Shown: positions 38,405-50,036, counted from the stretch's first letter. The stretch is 61,732 bases of DNA from a bacterium (GCA_030432015.1 JAUIHJ010000001.1:1-61732); one strand, 5' to 3'. Numbers and translations are program-made. Notes: generated by a model not told the origin, from the letters alone.

Positions 38405-39874
38405 ATGTGGGAATCATCATTCACCAGCCGCCGATCATTCTTGAGCCAACTGGGAACGGGGCTTGGCGGTATCGCATTGATGCAGCTGTTGGCCGACGAT
38501 GGGCTGCTCGCCGACAGTGATCCGCGACGCATCCAGCCGGTGATCGAGCCGCGTCGCCCCCACGCGGCTCGCCCTGCCCCCGAACCGGCACGTGCCAAGA
38601 ATGTGATCGTCGTGTTCTGCAGCGGCGCGTGCAGCCAGCTTGATACGTTCGACTATAAGCCCGCATTAATCGAGCGGAATGGTCAGCCGCTGCCAGGCGG
38701 CGACAAGCTGATTACCTTTCAGGGGCAGCAGGGTAACCTGACGCGTAGTCCGTGGGAGTTCAAGCCACGCGGCCAGTCGGGCAAGATGATCTCTGAACTG
38801 GTGCCGCAACTGGGCGCACTAGCCGACGATATCTGTTTCATCCACTCGATGACAACCAAGACCAATACGCACGGGCCGGGTGAGAACGTGATGTCGACCG
38901 GATTCACGCTGGATGGATTTCCCAGCATGGGTGCCTGGGTCACCTACGCGTTGGGCTCTGAGACGCAGGAATTACCGGCCTATGTGGCAATCCCGGATCC
39001 GCGTGGCACGCCTCAGTCGAGTGTGAATAACTGGGGGCCGGGTTTTCTACCCGCGGCGTTTCAGGGGACCGACTTCAATGCGTCAACGCCGATTCGCAAC
39101 TTGGCCCGTCCCGGTTCGGTGACACCGGTCACCGATCGCGCGACGCTGGACTTCCTCAAGCAGCTTAACGAGACGCATCTGGAGCGCTATCCCGGCGATA
39201 CCGAGTTGGCGGCCCGCGTTTCAAGCTACGAACTGGCGGCGCGGATGCAGGTCAGCGTGCCGGAAGTTAGCGACCTTTCGGATGAGCCGGCCACGATGTT
39301 GGCGATGTACGGCGCCGACGATTCAGAGAATCGCTTGAAAGCGGATTTCGCGCGGAACTGTATACTGGCCCGACGGTTGGTCGAAAAAGGTGTGCGATTC
39401 GTTCAGTTGTTTAACGGGGCGTATCAGACCGGCGGCGAAGGGGTGAGTAACTGGGACGGCCATAAGTCGTTGGAGCCACAATACAAGAAACATGGTCCGG
39501 TGCTGGACCAACCCGTTGCGGCGCTGCTCAAGGATCTCAAGCAGCGCGGATTGCTAGACGAGACACTGGTCGTATGGTGCACCGAATTTGGACGCATGCC
39601 AACATTTCAAAAAGGCGCGTCCGGTCGTGATCACAACCCCAGCGGATTCACGGTCTGGTTGGCCGGCGCCGGCGTAAAGGCGCCCTTCAGCTATGGTGCG
39701 ACCGACGAGTTTGGGCACAAGGCGGTTGAAAATGTAGCCACCGTGCACGATTTTCACGCGACGATCTTACATTTACTGGGACTCGATCATACGCGGTTGA
39801 CGTTCTATCACAACGGACTGGAACGTCGCTTGACGGACGTTCACGGGCATGTGATTCGGGACGTCGTCGCCTAG
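38405..39874 (+). CDS. DUF1501 domain protein (Tat-signal, sulfatase-like)
   Basis: N-terminus [26 protein letters not shown] has a twin-arginine motif, and a TEFGRMP block is present. Starts 24 nt after the preceding PSCyt gene. Confidence 0.9.
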   Translation: MWESSFTSRRSFLSQLGTGLGGIALMQLLADDGLLADSDPRRIQPVIEPRRPHAARPAPEPARAKNVIVVFCSGACSQLDTFDYKPALIERNGQPLPGGDKLITFQGQQGNLTRSPWEFKPRGQSGKMISELVPQLGALADDICFIHSMTTKTNTHGPGENVMSTGFTLDGFPSMGAWVTYALGSETQELPAYVAIPDPRGTPQSSVNNWGPGFLPAAFQGTDFNASTPIRNLARPGSVTPVTDRATLDFLKQLNETHLERYPGDTELAARVSSYELAARMQVSVPEVSDLSDEPATMLAMYGADDSENRLKADFARNCILARRLVEKGVRFVQLFNGAYQTGGEGVSNWDGHKSLEPQYKKHGPVLDQPVAALLKDLKQRGLLDETLVVWCTEFGRMPTFQKGASGRDHNPSGFTVWLAGAGVKAPFSYGATDEFGHKAVENVATVHDFHATILHLLGLDHTRLTFYHNGLERRLTDVHGHVIRDVVA

Positions 39875-39881
39875 CTGGCCG

Positions 39882-40661
39882 TCACATGCCCAGCATGTTG
39901 CGAACTCCCAATCCGCCAATGATGGCCACCGCCATGACCGCTTCACGCCAGTTGATTTTTGTCTGGCCGAGCACGCGATCCACAAACACAATGGGCACTT
40001 CGTCGAAGCGGGCGCGACGTCGTTTGAGGAGCCAGAGAATCTCTTCGAGATACGAATAGCCGCGTGAGCGAATCTGGTCCAGGTCAAGCTGGCGGAGTGT
40101 CTCGCAACGATAGCAACGAAAGGCGCCGCTGCAATCTCCGACTGACAATCCGAGCAGGAGTCGGGCGTAGGTGTTGACGAGCCGACTCATCAGGCGGCGA
40201 TGTGGCGGCCAGCCGTCGATCCCGCCGCCGGGGACATAACGCGACCCAATCACGACATCGTTGGCTGGAATCGTCGTGGCCATGCACGTGCGAATTGCGG
40301 GCAAGTAACTGGGATTGTGACTGAAGTCAGCGTCCATCGTCAGGACGAATTCATACCCTTGATCAAGGGCGGCACGAAAGCCGTCCAGCGTCGCGGTTCC
40401 CAATCCCAACTTGCCGGGGCGGTGCAGGCACCGGAGCCGCGGCTCCTGCTGCGCATGGCGATCGCACCAATCCCCCGTTCCATCCGGAGAATTGTCGTCA
40501 ATGACCAGAATGTCGACGTCACTCGCGACGGCTAGTATCTGTTCGACCAGGCGAGGCAGGTTCTCAATTTCGTTGTAGGTGGCAACGACGACCAACGTAC
40601 GGGATTGTGCATTCACGAGCAGTGGGAAGGAGTGAACCTTCTGCCGGGCAAGGTGTCTCAA
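39882..40661 (-). CDS. GT2 polyprenol/dolichol-phosphate mannosyltransferase-like
   Basis: VVVATYNEIENL, VIDDNSPDGT and HRPGKLGLGTA blocks typical of Ppm1/DPM1-type GT2 enzymes. Confidence 0.85.
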   Translation of the reverse strand: MRHLARQKVHSFPLLVNAQSRTLVVVATYNEIENLPRLVEQILAVASDVDILVIDDNSPDGTGDWCDRHAQQEPRLRCLHRPGKLGLGTATLDGFRAALDQGYEFVLTMDADFSHNPSYLPAIRTCMATTIPANDVVIGSRYVPGGGIDGWPPHRRLMSRLVNTYARLLLGLSVGDCSGAFRCYRCETLRQLDLDQIRSRGYSYLEEILWLLKRRRARFDEVPIVFVDRVLGQTKINWREAVMAVAIIGGLGVRNMLGM

Positions 40662-40773
40662 ACGTGTATTGTACCATGCGGTTATGACGAACGCGGCCCC
40701 TCACGATGATCGCGGTCCTGCGTTATAATCGGCACGCCCCTCCCAATCCGACTCTCCCGCCTTGAATTTGCAG

Positions 40774-42123
40774 ATGCCTCTAGTCGAGCAAAATCCGCCT
40801 CGCGTATACGGTCAAGTGTTCTGGCTGGCTTACGTGGCGAATGCCCTGACGATGATTGCGCTCAGCATTTTGGTACGCTACGCGGATTTCGTGACGTATT
40901 TGGGGGGCGCCGAAGGTCAACTTGGCCTGATTGTCGGCATCGGGATGGTCGGCAGTTTGCTGATGCGATTTGCCCAAGGAGTGGGGATCGACCGCCTGGG
41001 AGCCCGCACCATTTGGCTCTGGTCGCTGGTGTTTCTGGTCCTCAGCTTATGGGCCCACTGCCTGATTCAGTCGGCCAATAGCCCGACCATTTTCTTGCTC
41101 CGTATCCTGATGCAGACGAGCGTCGCTGGCATCTTCGGCGCATCGATCACATATATTTCGCGACGCGTTCCACCGGCGCGGATGGCGGAGATTATCGGCA
41201 CACTCGGCACGTCCGGCTTTATCGGTGTGCTGGTTGGACCGCAGGTTGCCGACTGGATTTGCCAGGGCGACTCGGTTGATCGCATGCAGTTGAACAGCCT
41301 GTTCTTGACGGCCGGGTCGCTGGCCTGCGTGGCGTTGTGTTCTGCGTGGGCAGCCACGCGTGGTCAGTCGGTGAAGTCCGCTCGTCGATCGCCCAATCTC
41401 TTCGCACTGACGCGGCGCTACCATCCCGGCGTCATCATGCTGGTGGCGACTGCCGTCGGGGCCGGAGTTTCGATACCGAATACATTCTTACGGACGTATG
41501 CCGCGGAGATTCACATTCCCCACATTGGCATTTTTTTTGCTACGTACGCCATCACCGCGTTTTCTGTACGGATGCTGACGCGGCGGCAGTTTGCGGCACG
41601 GGGAAATCGCTTTTGGGTCATGTGGGGATTGGCCGCGATGACCACCAGCATGCTCCTCTATCTGACGGTGCATTCGACCTGGCAGTTGATGATTCCCGGT
41701 AGCGTCGCAGGCATTGCCCATGCCCTGTTGTTTCCTTCGGTTGTGGCCAGCGGCAGCACCGCATTTCCGGAGCGCTATCGAGGCCTGGGAACGACCTTGA
41801 CGCTCGGCATGTTCGATGTTGGGGCATTGGTCGGCGCCCCGGCGGTGGGCGGCGTCCTGCACTTTGCCCGCCATTTTGGTCTGCCCGCCTATCCCATCAT
41901 GTTTTGCTGCGTGGCATTGTTCATGGCGTCGATCGCCACGATCTTCTGGCTGCGAACGGGTACCTCAACGCATACGAACTCGTCATCCCGCGTGACACCG
42001 CGACGGCGGCGTCGCACACCCGCAGTGTCGCGTCCGGCGGTCATCTCCGCCGCGGAGACGCGGCGCGCTGCACCGCTGAATCGTTCCGAAGCGCCGGACT
42101 ATTGCGAAGCGATCGATCGATAA
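40774..42123 (+). CDS. MFS transporter
   Basis: About 12 hydrophobic spans and a G..IDRLGAR loop 2-3 motif. ATG at 40774 (the track TTG at 40762 is also possible). The C-terminal Arg-rich tail overlaps the convergent epimerase gene by 25 nt. Confidence 0.8.
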   Translation: MPLVEQNPPRVYGQVFWLAYVANALTMIALSILVRYADFVTYLGGAEGQLGLIVGIGMVGSLLMRFAQGVGIDRLGARTIWLWSLVFLVLSLWAHCLIQSANSPTIFLLRILMQTSVAGIFGASITYISRRVPPARMAEIIGTLGTSGFIGVLVGPQVADWICQGDSVDRMQLNSLFLTAGSLACVALCSAWAATRGQSVKSARRSPNLFALTRRYHPGVIMLVATAVGAGVSIPNTFLRTYAAEIHIPHIGIFFATYAITAFSVRMLTRRQFAARGNRFWVMWGLAAMTTSMLLYLTVHSTWQLMIPGSVAGIAHALLFPSVVASGSTAFPERYRGLGTTLTLGMFDVGALVGAPAVGGVLHFARHFGLPAYPIMFCCVALFMASIATIFWLRTGTSTHTNSSSRVTPRRRRRTPAVSRPAVISAAETRRAAPLNRSEAPDYCEAIDR

Positions 42124-43031
42124 TAGTCGACCGATTGCCGCAGGCCCGCATCGAAGTCAAATTGCGGCTCATAGCCGAGGACCTTCCGCGCCTGGGAGAT
42201 GTCCGCCAGGCTCTCACGGACGTCACCCAGACGCGCCGGCCGATGAACTGGCTGGATATCGACCTCCAACAGTTCGTTAAGCAGGCCAATGAGTTGCAGG
42301 AGATTGGTCTGACGTCCGTCTGCGATGTTGAAGGTCTGCCCGGCGGCATCGTTCGCGTCGGCCGCCAACAGATTTCCCTGCACGACATTCTTGACGAAGG
42401 TAAAGTCGCGAGATTGCAAGCCGTCGCCGAAGATCTGCGGCGCGGTGCCAGACAACATCGCGGTCAGGAACAGTGGAATCACCGCCGAATAGGGACTATC
42501 CGGGTCCTGGCGGGGGCCAAAGACGTTGAAATAGCGGAGGCAGACGGTTTCGAATCCGTGCGTGTGATAGAACGCCTGGCAATAGTGCTCGCCCGCTAAT
42601 TTCGCGGCGGCGTATGCAGACAGGATCATGGGCAGGTCGGTTTCCCGCTTGGCCGAAAACGGTCGGTCACCATACGCGGCGCTTGAGGCAGCGTAGACCA
42701 GCCTGCGCACTCCGGCCCGGTGCGCCTGGTCAAGCAGCGTCAGGGTGCCGGTCACACAGGCGGCGTTGGTCTCCAATGGCCGTTCGACACTGAGCGGCAC
42801 CGACGCCAGGGCCGCTTGGTGAAAGACGCAGTCCACGCCCTTGACCGCTCGGGCCACCGCGTCCGCGTCGCACAGATCGGCTTCGATGAACTCGGCGCCG
42901 TCGAATACGTTGGCCCGAAACCCAGTGCAGAGATTGTCGAGGACACGGACGTTGTCCCCGCGCGCCAGAAGGGCCTCTGCAATGTGCGAGCCAATAAACC
43001 CAGCACCACCCGTCACGAGATATGTTCGCAT
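42099..43031 (-). CDS. NAD-dependent sugar-nucleotide epimerase/dehydratase (WbpP/TviC-like)
   Basis: MRTYLVTGGAGFIGSH start at 43031, ASSAAYG and YAAAK (YxxxK), and FNVFGPRQDP. Confidence 0.9.
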   Translation of the reverse strand: MRTYLVTGGAGFIGSHIAEALLARGDNVRVLDNLCTGFRANVFDGAEFIEADLCDADAVARAVKGVDCVFHQAALASVPLSVERPLETNAACVTGTLTLLDQAHRAGVRRLVYAASSAAYGDRPFSAKRETDLPMILSAYAAAKLAGEHYCQAFYHTHGFETVCLRYFNVFGPRQDPDSPYSAVIPLFLTAMLSGTAPQIFGDGLQSRDFTFVKNVVQGNLLAADANDAAGQTFNIADGRQTNLLQLIGLLNELLEVDIQPVHRPARLGDVRESLADISQARKVLGYEPQFDFDAGLRQSVDYYRSIASQ

Positions 43032-43356
43032 TGTTGTATTCCGCCAGAAAAAACGCGCGACCAGTTGATCGAGCTGCATGCTGGTTGCTTAACCACGGCG
43101 CTGGCGAGCCTCCCGGGAAATCGCAACGCTGCGGTGCAGTGCCTTGCCGTGCAACGGTTTTCTGCCACCTGCCCGGCGGGAGCCATTGAATCGCTGGTTC
43201 TCGGCAGGCAGGCCGAGCGGGGGCCAAGCCATTGAAAAACAAGTGTTTGCGGCGCAACGTGTCGCTGTCCAACAAGGGCCAGATCGTCGCCGAGCGATAC
43301 GGCAAAGCGACGATCTGGCCACATTTCATCCCGAGTCTTACGCCGTTTCTCCGTAA

Positions 43357-45609
43357 TCAACCTTCGCGCAACTGCGAAAACAACTGCTGATATTCAACGC
43401 GCCGCGCCAGATCGTCGCCTGTCTGTGTCAGGAAGACCCCGTCGGTCTTGTCCTGGTCGATAACAATCATGTCGCGATCATCGTTGAAATTGGGTGCGTG
43501 ATGCATCTGCAGAAAGGAAGGCTGCGGTTCGGTTCCGTCGAGCGAACCGGTCGGCCCATGCGGCGCGTGTTCGCGAACTTCGACCGCCGCCTCGATGTGC
43601 ACATCACCCGCAAGGTCGTCAGTCGCATGATCCGAACTAGCAGAAGAATCGGCGGCGACCTCGCAGGTTGCCTCCGCCGGTTCGGCCACCAACCCAGCGG
43701 GTTTTGCTTGGATGCCCTCGATTGAATCGTCGGATTGGCGAACCGGTTCGATGCCAGCATTGGCAGCCGGCTCGAACAGCCAATCGGATAGCGACGATGT
43801 ATCGAAAACGTTGGTTACCAAGGCCTGTGCCGCGATTTCGTCGGTCGACGCAAGTTCCTCGCCGTTTGCCTGCCGATCCACTTCCATCGGCTGGTGTCGC
43901 CCGGGCGATTCCGGACCTGGTGCGGTCGGAGCGGTCACTGCCGCGGGTTCATTCACCGGGCCTTCCACCTCGTTGTCGGCGACCGAATTCGCGTTGACGA
44001 CCGAAAGTTGCGGTCCAGGCTGTTGGTCGATGAGGGCTGCCAAGGCCCGCCCCTCCTCGCTGGCGACCCGCGGACAACCGGAAAACACGGTGGCGCCCAG
44101 GTCGGCATAACGGTCAACGACAACTTCTTCCTCCTCGAAGTCATGACCGAATGGATCAACGAACTCGGCAGTGGTGGCGTGTGTTGGCGTGGCGTCCGCC
44201 GCGGCTGGTGACTCCTGGGCTGCGGCCGCGACAGAGGGGACCTCCGTGACCTGGGCCTGAGGAGATGCCACAGGTGCTAGATCGGGCCGCTGTCCTCGCG
44301 TGTCGATGTCTTCTGCCGAGTCCGCTTCCCAGCCAACTTGAACGACATTCGACGCGTAGTAATTCGCGCCAGGGTCTTCCGTTGGCGAAGTCGGTTCCCC
44401 GTGATCGTTCGGATCGAGCTTATGAATCGAGTAATTCGCTGCCGGCGAATTTGCCCATCCCAGGTCGGGCGAGCGTCCTGTCACAGGCACGTCGCCTGCA
44501 GCACCGGGCTGTGGACTCGTTTCCAGTCGCGACTCGACGTTCACGGTACCGGCTGAGGCGAAGGCGGACTGCGATTCGTCTGGGGTGTGGTCGACAATGG
44601 ATGGAGCCGCCCCAATTGCATCCGCGGCATCCGCCGGTTCTGGCAGGTCATTCCGGTCTGCATTGATGGCAATGGTGGGAGGGTCGACCGGGACATCTGC
44701 TGGCGTCGTCTCCTCTGCTTCGTGGGAGTCCAGTGACCCAAACTCGACGATCGATTCTCCCTGACCGTTCGTCGGTGCCGGCGCGTCATTCCAAGGGCCT
44801 GGCAGTTGCTGGAGGTCCGACCATGCCTCTTCGATACCCGTGCCATCCAATTGTTGATAGCCGCCCAGGCTGGCCATGACCAGTGCATGATCGCAGACCT
44901 GATTGATCAGGCGGGGGATTCCGCCGGATGCACGGTGAATCGCCACCAGGGCGTCGGCAGTAAAGATGCCGGACGGATCGCCACCGCTCGTTGTGACCTG
45001 AGCCCGTACGTACTCTGCGGTCTGTTCCTGGTTAAGCGCCTCGAGATAGCAACGGGCGGCGATACGTTGATTGAAGGAATCGAGTCGTGGATCGGCGAAG
45101 ATGTCGTCCAACTGGTTGTCGCCGGCCAGGATCAGCCGTACGCGAGGTTGTCCGTCACGAACCAGATTGGTGATCATGCGGATTTCGTCGAGCAGTTGCA
45201 GGGGCAGGGTGTGTGCCTCGTCGACGAGCAGCAGCACGCCGTGTGGGCAGTTTTCGCTGGGGCGAAGAAAATCCAAGAGTGACAATCGCAATTCTCCCTC
45301 TTCCATTTCCCGGTAGGGCAGGTTGAGTTCAAACAGCACATTCTGCAAGAGGTCCTTGCGGCTTTCGATGGCGGCGCTGGCAAGATGGATGCAATGGAAG
45401 ACGTGTTGAAAATGGTGATCCAGCATACGCAGGAGCAAGGTCTTCCCCAGGCCAGGTTGCCCAATAATCAGACCAGGGCCTTCGGCGCGGTCGACAATTC
45501 GAACCAGCGTCTGGCGAGCTTGTTCGACGACGGCCGTTGGGAAATATTGCTGCACTACGGGCGCGGCAGAAAATGGTCGTGAGGAGAGGTCAAAGAAAGA
45601 TTCGTACAT
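43357..45609 (-). CDS. ExeA/GspA-like AAA ATPase with a long acidic disordered C-terminal region
   Basis: MYESFFDLSSRPF N-terminus at 45609, Walker A GQPGLGKT, Walker B LLLVDEAH and GGIPRLIN. About 480 further residues are rich in D/E/P/A/T. Confidence 0.85.
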   Translation of the reverse strand: MYESFFDLSSRPFSAAPVVQQYFPTAVVEQARQTLVRIVDRAEGPGLIIGQPGLGKTLLLRMLDHHFQHVFHCIHLASAAIESRKDLLQNVLFELNLPYREMEEGELRLSLLDFLRPSENCPHGVLLLVDEAHTLPLQLLDEIRMITNLVRDGQPRVRLILAGDNQLDDIFADPRLDSFNQRIAARCYLEALNQEQTAEYVRAQVTTSGGDPSGIFTADALVAIHRASGGIPRLINQVCDHALVMASLGGYQQLDGTGIEEAWSDLQQLPGPWNDAPAPTNGQGESIVEFGSLDSHEAEETTPADVPVDPPTIAINADRNDLPEPADAADAIGAAPSIVDHTPDESQSAFASAGTVNVESRLETSPQPGAAGDVPVTGRSPDLGWANSPAANYSIHKLDPNDHGEPTSPTEDPGANYYASNVVQVGWEADSAEDIDTRGQRPDLAPVASPQAQVTEVPSVAAAAQESPAAADATPTHATTAEFVDPFGHDFEEEEVVVDRYADLGATVFSGCPRVASEEGRALAALIDQQPGPQLSVVNANSVADNEVEGPVNEPAAVTAPTAPGPESPGRHQPMEVDRQANGEELASTDEIAAQALVTNVFDTSSLSDWLFEPAANAGIEPVRQSDDSIEGIQAKPAGLVAEPAEATCEVAADSSASSDHATDDLAGDVHIEAAVEVREHAPHGPTGSLDGTEPQPSFLQMHHAPNFNDDRDMIVIDQDKTDGVFLTQTGDDLARRVEYQQLFSQLREG

Positions 45610-45843
45610 GGACCTGGTCCTTGGCTGATAAGTGTGTTTCAACGAGCAGCAGGGGGTTTTGGCGGACGGCATAACCCGACTCTTCGTTGAAATCGGCAAA
45701 GTCGACCATTCGACTTAAGCCGTAGCGCTGTGATATTTGGAATCGTTGGAAATGGCGGGCGCCGGCACGCCCGAGAGTGGGATAATCTCGGTTGCCTGGG
45801 AAACGAACATACAGACAAGTCGGGAATCGCCCCTATAATGTAA

Positions 45844-46557
45844 GTGCACCCCCCACGCCACCAACTCCATCCGTCCGTCAAAGATCGCCTTCGGATCGTA
45901 ATCTTGTTTCAGATAAAGATTTGCGGCATTAGATCCGTAAGAGATGCTCGATTTGCCTCGCTCGCGGGCGCCGACGCGATCGGATTGAATTTCTACGCGA
46001 AGAGCCCCCGTTTCGTTGACCTGGAAAACGCGGAACTCGTCGTGCCAGCGATTCCCAAGTCCGTGACCAAGGTTGGCGTTTTCGTCAACGAATCGGCCGA
46101 GGAGATCAACGCGATTTCCAGCCGGTTGGAACTGGACTACGTGCAACTCCATGGAGACGAACCGGCTGAGTTCTTGGCCGATGTCACCCAGGCCAAGGTG
46201 ATCCGGGCATTCCGTTGTGGCGACGACGGTTTCACGCCGATCGCCAATTATCTCGAGGCCTGTCAAGCACTGGGCCGGTTGCCGGACGCCGTCTTGCTTG
46301 ACGCCCATCAGCCGGGCGAGTACGGCGGAACCGGGCAGGCAATTGACTGGGCGAGCGTGGCCGAGAATCGACAGATTCTCGCTGGTGCCCCGCTGGTGTT
46401 GGCCGGCGGGCTGACGCCTTTCAATGTGGCCGAGGCAATCCATGCCACTCACCCCAACGCGGTCGACGTGGCCAGCGGCGTCGAATCGGCGCCCGGAACC
46501 AAGGATCTGCTGCTCATCCGCGCGTTTTGCTCGGCCGCCAAAAAAGCCTTCGCCTAA
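45844..46557 (+). CDS. trpF: Phosphoribosylanthranilate isomerase
   Basis: IKICGI, GADAIGLNF, VQLHGDE, LLDA...GGTG and LAGGL blocks. The start is uncertain: GTG 45844 lies right after a TATAAT-like hexamer, and TTG 45904 gives MFQIKICGI. Confidence 0.85.
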   Translation: MHPPRHQLHPSVKDRLRIVILFQIKICGIRSVRDARFASLAGADAIGLNFYAKSPRFVDLENAELVVPAIPKSVTKVGVFVNESAEEINAISSRLELDYVQLHGDEPAEFLADVTQAKVIRAFRCGDDGFTPIANYLEACQALGRLPDAVLLDAHQPGEYGGTGQAIDWASVAENRQILAGAPLVLAGGLTPFNVAEAIHATHPNAVDVASGVESAPGTKDLLLIRAFCSAAKKAFA

Positions 46558-46986
46558 CACGGTGCCAGGTCTCAGTCTGCGGGTATGCCTGACAATTCGC
46601 ATCGGCAGCTGCCCCGCGGCTGCCAACTTGGTCGCAAGAAACGGCCGCCGCGCCATTCTCGAGTTGGACAGTGCGGTCAAGGCTTGCCGGCCTTCGAGCG
46701 GCGAGTTCACGCGCGCCGCGAAGCTTAACCGCGTAGCCGACCGATGACCTGGCCGACCGGAAACCGAGGCGAGCTGACGAACGGGGATCTGGCGCCACGC
46801 CGAATTTACCCACGCCAGATCATGGGCAAGGGTTGTCGTTGTATGGGGGTACGTCCTATCATATCCACGTAACAAAACACTTTGATGGCCTGCCCTCGAC
46901 TGGGGCACCATCGCTCTCAATCCGGTGCCCCGGCGCCGGTGAATCCCCGCAAAGTATTCTATTTTCCGCTCAATAGGAGAGTCGAC

Positions 46987-48318
<1,332 letters not shown>

Positions 48319-48342
48319 GCCGGCGAACATGCCGAACAACAC

Positions 48343-48376
48343 CAGCCGTTGGGTGCTCCCCAGCGGCTTTTTTTGT
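48343..48376 (+). terminator. Rho-independent terminator after ahcY
   Basis: agccgttgggtg / ctccccagcggct forms a GC-rich stem followed by T7-T8 (48368-48375), about 25 nt after the ahcY stop. Confidence 0.7.
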
Positions 48377-48524
48377 TATCATCCCTGTCTGCATTTCGCC
48401 TCTGTATTTCGCCCTTTGGGCGGTACGCGGACGCCTCGGTATCGCGATAACGCCGATGCAGTTCGCGGTAATCAAGCAACCGGCGACATACCGCCGGTAT
48501 CCAGCCAACTCAGGACCAAGACTT

Positions 48525-49841
48525 ATGCCACAAATTGAAGCCTTCCGCGGGTTGCGCTACGACCTGGGACACGTGGGCTCGCTCAGTGATGTCATCGCGC
48601 CGCCCTACGACGTGATCGGGCCGGAGCTACAGGACCAACTGTATCAACGCCATCCGGCGAACGTCATTCGCCTGATCCTCAACCGCGAGGAGCCGGGCGA
48701 TGACGAACTCAATGATCGATACGTGCGCGCAGCCCGCTACCTCAAGAACTGGCAAGCGGAAGGCGTCCTGCAATCCGACCCGGACCCGGCGGTGTATGTC
48801 TACCATCAAGTCTTCTCGTACGGCGGCCAGGAGTTCACACGTCGCGGCTTCATGGCCCGGATGAAACTGGAACGCTTTGGCGAGGGGACAATCTATCCCC
48901 ACGAGGAAACCCATGCCGCGGCCAAGGCCGATCGGCTGAAACTGATCACCGCCTGCCGTGCCAACCTGAGCCAGATTTTCGGCATCTACCCGGACGAGCA
49001 GAACGAAGCCCAGGCCCTGCTGGAGGCCGCAATCGAGCAGGTGGCTCCCCTCGAGGCGACCGATCATTTGGGGATCGTCCATCGGCTATGGCCCGTTACG
49101 GACATTCAGGTTATTTCGCAGTTGGCTGCCGTGATGGGCCCCAAGCCAATGTTCGTCGCGGACGGACATCACCGTTATGAAACGGCGTGTAACTACCGAG
49201 ATCAACTGGCGGCTGAAGGCGACCTGCCGCCACAGCACCCCGCGAACTATGTCATGACCATGTGTGTGGGGATGAACGATCCCGGCATGATCGTCTTGCC
49301 GACCCATCGCTTGTTCCGCGGATTGCCCGCGATGACTGCGGCGGAGTTGATTGCCAAACTCGGCGACGCGTTCGAGACGGAGGATGGCGGCGAGGGCCCC
49401 GGCCAGGCTCAGTCGATCTGGGAGAATATCGAATTCGCGGACGACCAACGGGAACTCGCGTTCTTTACCACCAAAGACCAACGCTGGACCAAGGCCCGCT
49501 TGAGCGAGACGGGGGCTCAACAGATGGCACAGATCGCCAGCGAACATACTGGGGATTGGCAAGGCTTAGGCGTGAGCATCCTGCACCGCCTGGCCATCGA
49601 AACGCTACTGGGTGGCAGCGACCTACCCAAGCCGAAATATGTGCATCTCGTCGAAGAAGTCGTCGAGGCGTTACAGACCGACTCTGGGGATCGAGAATCC
49701 TTCCCGCTGGCCGCGCTGGTTATGCCCGCGACGCTCGATCATATACGCCAGATCAGCGAACATGGCGAACGAATGCCCGCCAAGAGTACCTACTTCTTCC
49801 CGAAACTTCTCAGCGGCCTGGTAGTGAATCCTCTGACCTAG
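48525..49841 (+). CDS. DUF1015 domain-containing protein
   Basis: MPQIEAFRGLRYD...VIAPPYDVI N-terminus and the ADGHHRYETA block are characteristic of DUF1015. Confidence 0.85.
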   Translation: MPQIEAFRGLRYDLGHVGSLSDVIAPPYDVIGPELQDQLYQRHPANVIRLILNREEPGDDELNDRYVRAARYLKNWQAEGVLQSDPDPAVYVYHQVFSYGGQEFTRRGFMARMKLERFGEGTIYPHEETHAAAKADRLKLITACRANLSQIFGIYPDEQNEAQALLEAAIEQVAPLEATDHLGIVHRLWPVTDIQVISQLAAVMGPKPMFVADGHHRYETACNYRDQLAAEGDLPPQHPANYVMTMCVGMNDPGMIVLPTHRLFRGLPAMTAAELIAKLGDAFETEDGGEGPGQAQSIWENIEFADDQRELAFFTTKDQRWTKARLSETGAQQMAQIASEHTGDWQGLGVSILHRLAIETLLGGSDLPKPKYVHLVEEVVEALQTDSGDRESFPLAALVMPATLDHIRQISEHGERMPAKSTYFFPKLLSGLVVNPLT

Positions 49842-49897
49842 CCCGTAGCCCGCAGGCACGCCGAGTGTGGCTGGCGCCAAATGTCCTTCTTACGCAG

Positions 49898-49913
49898 CGT
49901 TTCACGTGGAACG
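49898..49913. promoter_or_regulatory. parS site 1
   Basis: cGTTTCACGTGGAACg; its reverse complement GTTCCACGTGAAAC is the classic parS core. Confidence 0.85.
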
Positions 49914-49948
49914 CGTCTGGCCCGGTTCGCTTGAACTCGCCGGATGCG

Positions 49949-49964
49949 TGTTTCACGTGGAACG
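49949..49964. promoter_or_regulatory. parS site 2
   Basis: TGTTTCACGTGGAACg. Confidence 0.85.
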
Positions 49965-49984
49965 GGCGGATCAAGACGCTGGGA

Positions 49985-50000
49985 TGTTTCACGTGGAACG
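49985..50000. promoter_or_regulatory. parS site 3
   Basis: TGTTTCACGTGGAACg. Confidence 0.85.
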
Positions 50001-50020
50001 GGAGGATGGCGACGAAGGGA

Positions 50021-50036
50021 CGTTTCACGTGAAACG
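50021..50036. promoter_or_regulatory. parS site 4
   Basis: cGTTTCACGTGAAACg; perfect 14-bp palindrome. Confidence 0.9.
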
